NCBI GenBank assembly: GCA_963828255.1
Contig: CAWHDZ010000027.1
Span: 128,001 to 192,000 of the forward strand
Direction of reading: 5' to 3'
Origin: an uncultured delta proteobacterium
Lineage (GTDB): Bacteria > Myxococcota > Myxococcia > Myxococcales > Anaeromyxobacteraceae
DNA: 64,000 nucleotides
In this document: positions 19,775-29,627 of the stretch, piece after piece
Layout: every line of letters starts with the position of its first letter
How positions within the stretch are numbered: the first letter of the stretch is position 1
Position numbers and translations under genes: made by a program
The notes under the pieces: generated by a model
Database searches by the model: none
What the model was told of the DNA's origin: nothing
What the model saw: the letters and a program-made list of their open reading frames with translations, nothing else

Positions 19775-21019
19775 GGCATCTACCGGCAGCTCGGGTTCCC
19801 GAACCTCTTCGCGTACCTGCTCCGGGAGGTCGGGCTGTCCCGGGGTTCGGCCTTCTACCGACAGGTCGCGACCCGGCTCCTGCAGGACTTTCCGGAAATC
19901 GCGGAGCCACTGCGAGACGGACGGCTTTGCATCTCGAACGTCCCGCAGCTCGCCAAGGTGATGACCGAGCAGAACCGGGCCACGGTGATGCAGAAATTCT
20001 TCCACTGCTCGAAGCAGGAGGCGAAGCAGGTGGTGGCGGAGATGCTTCCAGCGGAGGTGGTGCCTCGGAGGACGGTCGTCACGGAGGTCCCGTTCGTGGC
20101 GACAGCCCGCGTTCAACCGGTTGAACGCGATCTGACCCACCCCGAAGGCGTGAGGCCCGTCACCGAGGTGCGGAGGACCGTGGTCGAGCCGCTCACCCGG
20201 GACGAGACCCGGATGCACGTGACGGTGTCGCCGGCATTCATGGCCTTGCTGAAGAAGGCCAGGGCGGGGCAGTCGCACGTGCAGCCGCGCGCGACCGACG
20301 AGCAGGTGCTCCCGGCGGCGCTGGAACTGCTCATCGAGAAGCAGGGGAAGCGGAAGGCTTCCGTGCCGGCGAAGGTGAAGCGAGAGGTCCGCAAGCGGGA
20401 TGAGGGCAAGTGCCAGTGGAAGCTCGATTCGGGCGGCGTGTGCGGTTCGGAGGTGAGGACGGAGATCGACCACGTGGTGCCGCGCGGGAAGGGCGGGCCA
20501 TCGACGGTTGAGAACTGCAGGGTCCTCTGCAAGGTCCACAACATCGAGGCCGCGCGCCAGGCTTACGGCGACGCGCACATGGATCTGTTCACTCCACGTG
20601 CACCGAGCGCGCGCGAGGAGGTCGCACCCTACCTGACCGCATCCGCCATCCCGCCGTTGTCCGGCCTGGCCCAGCTCGTCGGCAGCCGCCCGTCGAACTG
20701 CTCGGGCACGAGCACGTCCGCGCCCAGCGCCGGGGCGCCGGCGGCCCGGGCGGCGAACCCACCGGCGGCGATGCAGGAGTGGGGCGCCGCGTGGCGCACC
20801 ATCTCGATGGCCTCGCGCGCCGGCGGCAGGTGGTCGATGGTGGAGACGGCGATCCCCACCAGCGCAGGCTTCCGCTCCACGCAGGCCACGGCGAGCTGGA
20901 CCGCCGGCGTGTCGGCGCCCAGCACCTCCACCGCGTACCCCTCCAGCTCGAGCAGGTTCGCGGCGATGAGCAGTCCCACGGTGTGGTACTCGCCGGGGGC
21001 CGAGGCGAGCACGGCCTGA
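19775..21019 (+). pseudogene. HNH endonuclease copy 2, 5'-truncated; conserved part ends ~20632 and the frame runs on antisense over the next gene
   Basis: In-frame GIYRQLGFPNLFAYLLREVGLSRGSAFYRQ...PLRDGRLC upstream of GTG 19958 aligns to copy 1; TGA at 19718-19720 and no ATG for the first ~40 aa; HNH motif intact. Confidence 0.7.
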
Positions 21020-21666
21020 CCGCGGTGGCGCGGATCGGGGGATCCCCAGGTCTCGGGAGCGAGCATGGCCAGCCCGAGCGAGGCCAGCGCCGTGGCCCGG
21101 TGCTCCTCCACGACGGTGGCCTGGTGACGCATCCAGGCCTCGCCGACCTGGCGCTGCACCTCGGCGATCCCGAGCAGCGCCACCCGGACGCCCCGCTCCG
21201 AACGCCAGGCTTCCACGGCCGCAAGGTAGGCGGTCCGGTTCCCACGGAGCGCCGCCGAGGTCGCGTCCCACCGTTCGATGGGCGCGTCGTCCGCCTGCTC
21301 CGTCGCGGCCGCGATCCCCGCCGCGAGGGACTCCGCGAGGCAACGCCGCCACTCCTCCGGCAACTGCATTCGCTCCACCCGGACGGCGAGAGCCCGCAGG
21401 CTCCCGCAGACGGTCTCGTGCGGCAGGCCGGCGGCGTCGTGGACCCGTGCCGCCCAGGCCGCGTGCGCCCGGAAGACCGCAGGGCACCGGAGGTCAACGG
21501 CGGCGGCGAGGGCGAGGGCGTGCGCCGTGAACTCGGCCTCGCAGGCGTGCCGCTCCCCTTCCTTTCGCGCGCGCAGGGATGCCGTGCCGGCGAGGACCTC
21601 CTCCGCGACGGGTCCGGCCTCCGCGAGGATCACCGAGGCCACGTGGGCATCGACACGCGGGCGCAT
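20629..21666 (-). CDS. Cobalamin (B12)-binding domain protein with N-terminal helical domain
   Basis: GEAWMRHQATVVEEH (Wx9EH) and PGEYHTVG (ExHxxG) motifs, LGADTP. Confidence 0.8.
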   Translation of the reverse strand: MRPRVDAHVASVILAEAGPVAEEVLAGTASLRARKEGERHACEAEFTAHALALAAAVDLRCPAVFRAHAAWAARVHDAAGLPHETVCGSLRALAVRVERMQLPEEWRRCLAESLAAGIAAATEQADDAPIERWDATSAALRGNRTAYLAAVEAWRSERGVRVALLGIAEVQRQVGEAWMRHQATVVEEHRATALASLGLAMLAPETWGSPDPRHRGQAVLASAPGEYHTVGLLIAANLLELEGYAVEVLGADTPAVQLAVACVERKPALVGIAVSTIDHLPPAREAIEMVRHAAPHSCIAAGGFAARAAGAPALGADVLVPEQFDGRLPTSWARPDNGGMADAVR

Positions 21667-21684
21667 GGGGCACCTTCCTCGACC

Positions 21685-22806
21685 CTAGACCCCTGCGATG
21701 AAGATCGCCACCCGCCTCCAGGCCTGCTCGAACCCGGCCTGGTCGAAGCCCGTTCCGGAGGACATCCAGTCGAAGTGGGGCGGCACGTGGGTGGGCTGGT
21801 CGTAGTGCCCCAGGATGTCGTGGTGGTCGGCCCAGGCCGCCGCCAGCAATTCCCCGTGGATCTGCGAGAGGGTGGGCACGATCCCGTCGTTCGCGCCGGC
21901 GTCGGGGATCCGCCCGTAGGCGCGCCGGAGGACCCCGGCGTGCTCCCGGTTGATGGGCGGCATGACCCCATTCGGGGTGGTGGCCGACATCCGGTAGAGC
22001 GCCACGAAGAGGGCGTGGGTGACCTGGTGTGACGGGTCGAGGCCGGCACCCCAGAGGGACCGGAGGCCCGGCGCACGCGCCCGGGTGACCACCGAGCCGT
22101 AGCGCAGCCCGGGCCGGTCCTGCGTGGAGGCGTTGAAGACCTCCATGCCCGCCGGCGAGATCTGCGAGACGAGTCCCTGGTCGCTTCGGACGCCCTCCAG
22201 GAACTGCTCGACGGCACGCCGCCGCTCCCCCTCGAAGTCGCCGAGCAGCTCGAGGAAGATCTGGTCCACCGCCCCGATGGGGCGGGAGCGCGGGTTGCGC
22301 AGCAGGCGGGCCAGCTTGAGGCCCACGGTGATGGGGAGCCTGCCCGTACGCAGCGTGTAGATCGACACCAGCGAGAGGAGCCGCAGGAACTGCTGGCCGA
22401 TCATCCCGCCGAAGAACTGGGCCAGCGGCGTGCCCCGGTGCGGCGTCGAGACGGTGACCACGGAGCGGATGGCGCGGGTGCAGCGCACCACGTCGGCGGG
22501 CGTGGGGAGGACGGCGCCGGGCGTCACGAGCAGGCGGGCGTCCAGGCCACCGCTGGAATGGCCCACCAGGCTCACGTGGCCGGGGGACTCGTCGAGGAGC
22601 GTGGAGAGGGCCTCGCAGATGAGCGCGGCGCGCCGGGTGAGCGAGGCGGTGGGCTCGGTGCGGGCCACCCGGACCTCGCCGTCGATCCCCAGCGACGGCC
22701 CCTCCTCGGCGAGGAAGTTCCGGACGTGGCCGAAGTAGGTGAAGTCGCCGAGGTTGGCGAATCCAAAAAATCCGGGAACGAGGAGGATGTGGTGCGGCTG
22801 GCCCAA
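21685..22806 (-). CDS. Alpha/beta-hydrolase, triacylglycerol lipase-like
   Basis: LVPGFFGF, GHSSGG nucleophile elbow, STPHRGT, NDGIVP, ADHHD; TTG start. Confidence 0.82.
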   Translation of the reverse strand: MGQPHHILLVPGFFGFANLGDFTYFGHVRNFLAEEGPSLGIDGEVRVARTEPTASLTRRAALICEALSTLLDESPGHVSLVGHSSGGLDARLLVTPGAVLPTPADVVRCTRAIRSVVTVSTPHRGTPLAQFFGGMIGQQFLRLLSLVSIYTLRTGRLPITVGLKLARLLRNPRSRPIGAVDQIFLELLGDFEGERRRAVEQFLEGVRSDQGLVSQISPAGMEVFNASTQDRPGLRYGSVVTRARAPGLRSLWGAGLDPSHQVTHALFVALYRMSATTPNGVMPPINREHAGVLRRAYGRIPDAGANDGIVPTLSQIHGELLAAAWADHHDILGHYDQPTHVPPHFDWMSSGTGFDQAGFEQAWRRVAIFIAGV

Positions 22807-22950
22807 GGGGCCAATCTATCCCGTCGGGGGCCGGTCCGATCGGGTTGCATCCAACGGACGAGGCCCGGACGAGACGACAGGACTTGCTCCCGGTCACGGC
22901 GGGGAAGAACGGCTTGGCTATGGTCGCCGGATACCCTTGGAGGGGTGCGG

Positions 22951-24255
22951 ATGGGATCTTGGTCGAGGAAGGGCTGGGTGGTCACGCTGGCCGGAATCGG
23001 GCTGAACCTCGCCCTCGGCATCCTCTATGCCTGGTCGATCTTCTCGAAGCAGCTCACCGAGCCCCTGGCGCGCGGGGGGTTCGGCTGGACGCGGACCCAG
23101 GCCACGATGCCGTACACCATCGCCATCGCCTGCTTCGCCTTCATGATGGTCCCGGCCGGCCGGCTGCAGGACCGGCTCGGGCCGCGGGTCATCGCCACCA
23201 CCGGGGCCGTGCTCACCGGCATCGGGCTCCTGGTCGCGAGCTTCGCCTCCCCTTCGGCATCCTGGCCGGCGGTGATCGGGTTCGGGCTCCTGGCCGGGAC
23301 CGGTTTCGGCCTGGGCTACGCGGCGGCGACGCCGGCCGCCGTGAAGTGGTTCCCGCCGCAGCGGAAGGGGCTCGTCACCGGCCTCGTGGTGGCCGGGTTC
23401 GGGCTCGCCCCGGTCTACATCGCGCCGCTCTCGAAGTGGCTGCTCGCCACACATGGCGTGGCCTTCTCCTTCCGCGTCCTGGGCATCGCGTTCCTGGCCG
23501 TGACGCTGATCCTCTCCCAGTTCATCGTTAACCCCGAGAAACCGCTCAACGTGGCCGCCCCGGGCTCGGCGGCCGCGAAGGCGGCGGGGGCCGACGTCAC
23601 CTGGCGGGAGATGATCCGCACCGCCGACTTCTGGCTGCTCTGGCTCCAGTACGCCTTCGGCGCCACCGCCGGCCTCATGATCATCGGCCACCTGGCCAAG
23701 ATCGTGGCCGCCCAGTCGAACAACGCCATCCAGAGCGGGTTCGTCTTCGTGGCGCTGCTCGCCGTCTTCAACGCGGCCGGGCGCATCGTGGCCGGAGTGG
23801 TCTCCGACCGGATCGGACGCACCGTGACGCTGGTCTCGGTGTTCCTGCTCCAGGCCTCGAACATGGTCTTCTTCTCGGGCTTCTCGACCTTCACCGGCTT
23901 CGTGACCGGCTCGGCGGTGGTGGGCTTCAGCTACGGCGCCTGCCTCTCGCTCTTCCCGGCCACCGCTGCGGACCGCTGGGGAACGAAGAACCTGGGGCTC
24001 AACTACGGCATCCTCTTCACCGCCTGGGGAGTGGGCGGGGTCTTCGGCCCGATCCTGGCCGGGCGCATCGCCGACGCGACCGGGTCCTACCAGCTCGCCT
24101 ACCAGATCGCGGCCGGGCTGCTCATGCTGGCCACGCTGCTCGCCATGCTCTCCTACGTGGGCGTGTCGGTGAACCTCCCGGAGCGGGAGGTCACCATCCG
24201 GGTGGGCAAGAGGAAGGCGCCGGTCCGCACCGGCTCGAAGGCGGAGCCGGCCTGA
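22951..24255 (+). CDS. MFS transporter, oxalate/formate antiporter (OFA) family
   Basis: [53 protein letters not shown]. Confidence 0.9.
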   Translation: MGSWSRKGWVVTLAGIGLNLALGILYAWSIFSKQLTEPLARGGFGWTRTQATMPYTIAIACFAFMMVPAGRLQDRLGPRVIATTGAVLTGIGLLVASFASPSASWPAVIGFGLLAGTGFGLGYAAATPAAVKWFPPQRKGLVTGLVVAGFGLAPVYIAPLSKWLLATHGVAFSFRVLGIAFLAVTLILSQFIVNPEKPLNVAAPGSAAAKAAGADVTWREMIRTADFWLLWLQYAFGATAGLMIIGHLAKIVAAQSNNAIQSGFVFVALLAVFNAAGRIVAGVVSDRIGRTVTLVSVFLLQASNMVFFSGFSTFTGFVTGSAVVGFSYGACLSLFPATAADRWGTKNLGLNYGILFTAWGVGGVFGPILAGRIADATGSYQLAYQIAAGLLMLATLLAMLSYVGVSVNLPEREVTIRVGKRKAPVRTGSKAEPA

Positions 24256-24268
24256 CCGGCCGGCCGCC

Positions 24269-25843
24269 TCATCGGGCCGAGAGGTCCGCCGTGGGCCGGT
24301 AGGCAGGGGGGCGTCGCGCCCGGGTGGCCTGCTCGAAGGCGTGGGCGAGTTCGAGCAGCCTCCCCTCGCTCCAGGGCCTTCCGATGAAGCTCACCCCGAC
24401 CGGCAGGCCGAAGGCCAGGCCGGCCGGGACCGTGACGGAGGGGTAGCCGGCCACCGCCGCGGGCGTCGAGCTGCTCTGCACGAAGTGGTCGCCGGTCACG
24501 AGGTCGATGGTCCAGGCCGGACCCCCGGTGGGAGCCACGAGCGCGTCGAGCCGGTGCTTCGCGAACACGGGGTCGAGCCCCTTCTCGCGGGCGAGGCGGC
24601 GGCACCGCGCCAGCGCCTTCCGGTAGGCGGCATCGGTGAGCGGCCCCTTCGCCTGCGCCTTCAGGAAGAGCTCCTGCCCGAAGTAGGGCATCTCCTCGGC
24701 GGCGTGGGCCTCGTTGAAGGCGATGACGTCGGCCAGGCTCCGGACCTTCGCGCCGGGCGCCCATTCGGGCAGGAAGGCGTCGAGCCCGGCCTTGAGCTCG
24801 TAGAGCAGCACCTCGAGCTCGGCGTCGTCGTACGCGCCGAGGTGCGGGATGTCGGCCGGGTCCACGATCACGGCGCCGCGGCGGCGCATCTCGGCGACCG
24901 CCTCGTCGAAGATCCGGTCGGCCGGCGGCGAGGCCCCGTAGACGCCCTTGCGGACGACGCCGATCCGGGCTCCGCGGAGCCCCTCCGGGTCGAGGAAGCG
25001 CCCGTAGTCCGGCGCCGCCTTTCCGGCCGACCTTGGCGACGCAGGGTCGGCCGGGTCCACGCCGACGAGCGCTCCGAGCAGCGCGGCCGCGTCGGCGACG
25101 GTCCGGGCCATGGGACCGGCGGTGTCCTGGGTCGCGGAGATGGGAACGATCCCGCTGCGGCTCACCAGGCCCACCGTGGGCTTCAGCCCGACGAGCCCCG
25201 TGGCTGCGGACGGGCACACGATCGACCCGTCGGTCTCGGTGCCCACGCCCACCGTGGCGAGGCTCGCCGCCACGGCCGCCGCGGTGCCGGACGAGGAACC
25301 GCACGGGCTCCTGTCCAGCGCGTACGGGTTGCGGGTCTGCCCGCCCCGCGCGCTCCAGCCCGAGGAGGAGTGGGTGCTGCGGATGTTGGCCCACTCCGAG
25401 AGGTTCGTCTTCCCGAGGATCACCGCGCCGGCGGCGCGGAGGCGCTCGACCAGGAAGGCGTCGCGGGGCGCCTGGCTTCCGGCGAGCGCCAGCGAGCCCG
25501 CGGTCGTCTCCATCCGGTCGCCGGTGGAGACGTTGTCCTTGAGGAGGATCGGGATCCCGTGGAGCGGACCGCGCACTCTTCCCTGGGCGCGCTCCCGGTC
25601 CAGCCCCTCGGCGATCGAGAGCGCGTCCGGGTTCAGCGCCAGGATCGAGCGCAGCGGCGGGTCGATCCGGGCGATCCGGTCGAGGTAGGCCTGCACGATG
25701 GCGCGCGAGGTGGTCCGTCCCGCGACCATCGCCTCCCGGAGGTCCGCCACGGTGGTTTCCTCGACCTCGACGGGCGGAGCACCCTCCCCGCGCGCGGGCG
25801 AGGGGGGCGAGAGGACCAGCAGTGCGAGCGCGACGGGAATCAT
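24269..25843 (-). CDS. Amidase signature family enzyme, secreted (start could be 25876)
   Basis: [41 protein letters not shown]-terminal signal. Confidence 0.9.
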   Translation of the reverse strand: MIPVALALLVLSPPSPARGEGAPPVEVEETTVADLREAMVAGRTTSRAIVQAYLDRIARIDPPLRSILALNPDALSIAEGLDRERAQGRVRGPLHGIPILLKDNVSTGDRMETTAGSLALAGSQAPRDAFLVERLRAAGAVILGKTNLSEWANIRSTHSSSGWSARGGQTRNPYALDRSPCGSSSGTAAAVAASLATVGVGTETDGSIVCPSAATGLVGLKPTVGLVSRSGIVPISATQDTAGPMARTVADAAALLGALVGVDPADPASPRSAGKAAPDYGRFLDPEGLRGARIGVVRKGVYGASPPADRIFDEAVAEMRRRGAVIVDPADIPHLGAYDDAELEVLLYELKAGLDAFLPEWAPGAKVRSLADVIAFNEAHAAEEMPYFGQELFLKAQAKGPLTDAAYRKALARCRRLAREKGLDPVFAKHRLDALVAPTGGPAWTIDLVTGDHFVQSSSTPAAVAGYPSVTVPAGLAFGLPVGVSFIGRPWSEGRLLELAHAFEQATRARRPPAYRPTADLSAR

Positions 25844-26026
25844 CCGGGACAGGGGCACGGGGATCCTCCAGGGCATGACCCTAGCCGCAGGCCGGCTCGC
25901 CTTCATTGTTTTTGCTCGACAATTGCCTGGCGGAGGGCTAGAAAACTCGTTCCGATCCCTCTCTGGGGTGGAGCCGCCCGGCACTTTCTGTCGGACGGAT
26001 TTCGGAGAAGAAACGAGCAAGAAGCG

Positions 26027-26230
26027 ATGGGTACCGGCACCGTGAAGTGGTTCAACGACGCGAAGGGCTTCGGGTTCATCACGCAGGACGGCGGCGGCGA
26101 GGACGTTTTCGTCCACCACACCGCGATCCAGGCCGATGGGTTCCGCACCCTCGCCGAGGGCCAGAAGGTGGAGTTCGACGTGAACAAGGGGCCGAAGGGG
26201 CTCCAGGCTGCAAACGTCCGCCCCGTCTAG
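26027..26230 (+). CDS. cspA: Cold-shock protein
   Basis: [34 protein letters not shown]. Confidence 0.95.
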   Translation: MGTGTVKWFNDAKGFGFITQDGGGEDVFVHHTAIQADGFRTLAEGQKVEFDVNKGPKGLQAANVRPV

Positions 26231-26257
26231 ATCCACTTCACGACACCTGAAGTGGCG

Positions 26258-26288
26258 AGAGCCCAGCCCGGCGGCTGGGCTCTTTCGC
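26258..26288 (+). terminator. Intrinsic terminator after the cold-shock gene (possibly bidirectional)
   Basis: agagcccagcc-cggc-ggctgggctct hairpin followed by tt, between convergent genes. Confidence 0.7.
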
Positions 26289-26290
26289 GT

Positions 26291-27640
26291 TCAGAAGTTC
26301 TCGTTGATGTTGAGGTAGATGCCGTAGGAGCCGTCGAGCCCCACGCCCACCTCGACGAGCCCGTTGGTGCGGGTGGGCTTGTTCACGAGCACGCGGATTC
26401 CCGCGGTGGCCGCCGGGTACCAGTACTGGTAGAGGGGCGCGTTCTGCGGCTCTCCCGCCACGCGCTGCTGGCTGGCCGAGTGGACGTTCAGTCCCACCAC
26501 CCCCCCCACGAAGTCCCAGATCCGGAAGCGGTACTCGGCCTCGGCGTAGAGCAGCGACTTGCCGATGTGGCGCCCCTCGATGTAGCCGCGCCCGGACCGG
26601 GCGTCGGGGTCGGAGCCGATGGAGGGCAGGTCGAGGTAGGGCGTGTTCCCGAACGAGAACCAGCCGTAGGCCCAGAGGGCGAGCACGCTGTGGCGCGACA
26701 CCGGGAAGTAGGCGCGCCCGGTCACGTAGAGTGACTGCCAGTCGAAGTCGCTGCCCATGAAGCGCGGGAAGGCCCGGTAGGTCGCGGTGGCGTAGTAGCC
26801 GTGCGTGGCGTTGACGGGATTGTCCCGGCTCTCCCAGAGCAGGTCGGCGGAGATCCCCACGTTGTTGTACGGCCCGCTCGTGCCGTAGGCATAGGCCGTG
26901 AACGGGTTCACCACGCCCGGCTCCGCGCCGCGGTCGCTCACCGAGTAGTAGCGGTCGAAGTAGAGGCCGGCGCCGACGTAGAGATCGGAGAAGACCCTGC
27001 GGTAGGCCGTCTCCCACAGGCGCAGGAGGCTCTTGTCGACGATGACCTCGTTTCCGGGGGGCGTGTTTCCCCCCAGGCCCCAGGTGGGCGCCGGGAAGAT
27101 CTGCCAGTTGGCGTAGCCGACGAGGCTCCAGTTGCCGCTGCCGAAGAAGATGCTGGTCCGGAGCGGGATGGAGACCTGGTTCTTCACCGTGTAGAGGACG
27201 TTGGTGGCGAACTTGGAGAGCTTGGCCACGTCGTCGTCGAAGCGGAAGACGCCGGCCCCGGCCACTCCGAAGCCGAATCCGATGAGGGGGCTGGTGAGGA
27301 TGAAGGGGACGGCGTTCCAGTGGAACTGCTTCTTCCGCTCCTCGGCCAGCTGCTCGGGGGTCTTCTCCTCGTGAAGCCCGAGGCCGCGCATGATGGCCTC
27401 GGGGAGGTCCATCGAGGCCTCGGCGGGGTCGATGTCGGGGGGCTCCTCCACCGGACCGGGGCGGGCCGCCGGCGGGAAGGCGGTCTCGAGGTCGGGCGCC
27501 TTCTCGTGACCGGGGGGAGGCGGGGTGTCCGGGGCCGCCGCGACGCCGGGTTCGGGCGCGGATGCAAACGCCGGCGCCGCTCCGAGGAGGGCGCCGGCGA
27601 GGAGTGCGGCAACGAGTGAGGAAGGGAGCCGGCGCGCCAC
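26291..27640 (-). CDS. BamA/TamA (Omp85-like) outer-membrane protein
   Basis: Signal peptide, ESRDNPVNATHG, GRGYIEGRH, AEYRF, C-terminal NENF. Confidence 0.75.
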   Translation of the reverse strand: MARRLPSSLVAALLAGALLGAAPAFASAPEPGVAAAPDTPPPPGHEKAPDLETAFPPAARPGPVEEPPDIDPAEASMDLPEAIMRGLGLHEEKTPEQLAEERKKQFHWNAVPFILTSPLIGFGFGVAGAGVFRFDDDVAKLSKFATNVLYTVKNQVSIPLRTSIFFGSGNWSLVGYANWQIFPAPTWGLGGNTPPGNEVIVDKSLLRLWETAYRRVFSDLYVGAGLYFDRYYSVSDRGAEPGVVNPFTAYAYGTSGPYNNVGISADLLWESRDNPVNATHGYYATATYRAFPRFMGSDFDWQSLYVTGRAYFPVSRHSVLALWAYGWFSFGNTPYLDLPSIGSDPDARSGRGYIEGRHIGKSLLYAEAEYRFRIWDFVGGVVGLNVHSASQQRVAGEPQNAPLYQYWYPAATAGIRVLVNKPTRTNGLVEVGVGLDGSYGIYLNINENF

Positions 27641-27675
27641 GCGCGCAAGATACAGCGAAGGGGCTACTTCGCGCT

Positions 27676-28293
27676 CTACTTCTTGGCCTTCTTGGCGGGA
27701 GCCGGCTCGACGGCGATGCCGACGGACTCGGTGTACTCGGCCATGACCTTGTCTCCGACCTTCAGCTTGTCGATCTGGACGTCCTTGGCGGCCTTCACCT
27801 TGAAGGCGCGCCCCTCGGGGCCGGTCATCGTGACCATGCGGGTCTTCATGTCGATCTTGGTGACCGTGACCGTGCCCTTGATGCCGACCTTGACGTCGCC
27901 GGCCGGCCTGGCGCCGATGGGGGCGGCTTGGCCGGAGGCGGTGACGGTGGGCTCGACGGGCTTGGCGCCGGGCGCCTGGAGCGAGAGGACCACGCCCTGG
28001 CTGACGGTGACCCTGACGACGTCGCCGACCTTGATCTGGTCGAAGTTCTTCACCTCGGGACCCATCTTGATGGTGTCGGTCTCCTTCTTGCCCTTCAGCG
28101 TCACGAGCCGGTTGGCGGCGTCGACGGCCGTGACGGTGGCGGTGACCTGCTCGACGCGGCCGCCGGAGACCATGCCCTTCTGGGTGGACTTTTCGACGGT
28201 GAGGGGCTTCGCGGCCTCGTCGGCGGCGAGGATGACGGCGGGGGACAGCGCCAAGCCGAGGGCGGCCAGGGAGAGGAAGAGCTTGCGGTTCAT
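27676..28293 (-). CDS. Periplasmic hypothetical protein with two OB-fold-like repeats
   Basis: Signal peptide; internal repeat ATVTAVDAANRLVTLKG...IKVGD / GTVTVTKIDMKTRMVTMTG...LKVGD. Confidence 0.75.
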   Translation of the reverse strand: MNRKLFLSLAALGLALSPAVILAADEAAKPLTVEKSTQKGMVSGGRVEQVTATVTAVDAANRLVTLKGKKETDTIKMGPEVKNFDQIKVGDVVRVTVSQGVVLSLQAPGAKPVEPTVTASGQAAPIGARPAGDVKVGIKGTVTVTKIDMKTRMVTMTGPEGRAFKVKAAKDVQIDKLKVGDKVMAEYTESVGIAVEPAPAKKAKK

Positions 28294-28370
28294 CGTGCCT
28301 CCAGGGGCGGTTGAGTGGGGGGAGAGCATAGCCGGACGGGCCGGGCCGGGCTGTTACTTTTCGGGTTGCG

Positions 28371-29456
28371 TCAGCTGGGGGGGTAGCGGGCCCAGGATCC
28401 GCACTGCCCGCCGTCGCAGGGGAGGCTGCCCGCGCCGTAGTGGCGGTGCAGGTCGTCGGCCACCTGCTCGATCACGTCGCGCAGCTCGAGCCGCTCCAGC
28501 CAGCGGCGCGGGATGGAGAGCTCGCCCAGCGCCACGCCGAGAAGGCTCCCGGCGATGGAGCCGGTGGAGTCGCTGTCGCCGCCGTGGTTCACCGCGAGGA
28601 GAACCCCGTGCTCGAAGCTCTCGGCGGCCAGCGCCGCGTAGAGTCCGATGGCCAGCGCCTCCTCGGCCACCCAGCCCTCCCCCAGCGACTCGACGTCGGC
28701 GGCCGAGCCGCGCGGCGCCCGCGAGAGCCAGAGCGCCCTCTCCACCGCGCTGGCCGTCTCCTCGTGGCCGGGGTGGCGGCGCAGCACGTCGAGGGCGCGC
28801 ACCGCCCCCTCGTCGAGGCTGGCGCCGTCGGCCACGTCGTGGACGAGCTGCGCCAGGTAGCCGGCCGAGAGCCACCCGGTCGGGTGACCGTGGGTGATGG
28901 CGGCGAGCTCGCAGCCGACCCGGAAGGGCTGGCCGGGGGCGAAGCCCACCGGGGCGATGCGCATCACGCCGCCGCAGCCCTTGCTGTCGTTGATGGCGAC
29001 CTCGGGCGTTCCCATGCGCCCCTTGCGCAGCGCCGAGAGGCAGGTCTCGCCAGGCCCCCTCACGGCGTGCAGGTCGCGCATGCGGACCAGCCAGCCCTCC
29101 TCGTCGGGGATGCCGCGGCGCTGGACCACGTCGCCCTGGGTCTCCAGCCAGCGCAGGTAGGCGTGCCAGGCCACCTCCCCGACCTTGGCCTCCGGGATGC
29201 GGTGGCGGAGGTGCTCGGCCCGCAGGAGGGCCTCGGCGGTGAAGAGGGTCATCTGGGTGTCGTCGGTGACCGCGCCCAGGCGCCTGTAGGCCATGCCGTA
29301 GTCGCGCAGCCCGGCCGGCCCGAACTCGGCCCGGATCTCGGCGAGGGTCTTGAACTCGATGGAGGCGCCCAGCGCGTCGCCGACCGCGCCGCCGAGCAGG
29401 CAACCGCGGAAGCTGGCCCGCGTCCTTGCGCCCCGGATCTTCCTCGCGTCGCTCAC
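28371..29456 (-). CDS. ADP-ribosylglycohydrolase family protein (start approximate)
   Basis: GGAVGDALG, TDDTQMT, SKGCGGVMRIAP, THGHP, GDSDSTG. Confidence 0.9.
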   Translation of the reverse strand: MSDARKIRGARTRASFRGCLLGGAVGDALGASIEFKTLAEIRAEFGPAGLRDYGMAYRRLGAVTDDTQMTLFTAEALLRAEHLRHRIPEAKVGEVAWHAYLRWLETQGDVVQRRGIPDEEGWLVRMRDLHAVRGPGETCLSALRKGRMGTPEVAINDSKGCGGVMRIAPVGFAPGQPFRVGCELAAITHGHPTGWLSAGYLAQLVHDVADGASLDEGAVRALDVLRRHPGHEETASAVERALWLSRAPRGSAADVESLGEGWVAEEALAIGLYAALAAESFEHGVLLAVNHGGDSDSTGSIAGSLLGVALGELSIPRRWLERLELRDVIEQVADDLHRHYGAGSLPCDGGQCGSWARYPPS

Positions 29457-29627
29457 GTCGCCCGTGACCTCCCCTTCCGGCGCGCCCGGCCGCGTGGATT
29501 CTGGCACAGAAAGCGTCCGATCCGGTGGAGGGACCTGCTGGCGGCGCGGGTGCACCTGGCGATCGCTTTCACGCCCCAGGATGGGAGCAGGGATGCTAGG
29601 ATTCCCACCCCAGTCGAGATTCGAGAC

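Noticed and set aside
16306..19779. 1157-aa minus-strand ORF
   Set aside because: Only the last 168 aa (SRPBCC, from ATG 16812) are protein-like; the rest is an alternative frame of adh and aspT
28371..29456. ADP-ribosylglycohydrolase as part of a toxin-antitoxin or defence system
   Set aside because: No ADP-ribosyltransferase, macrodomain or other defence gene is adjacent
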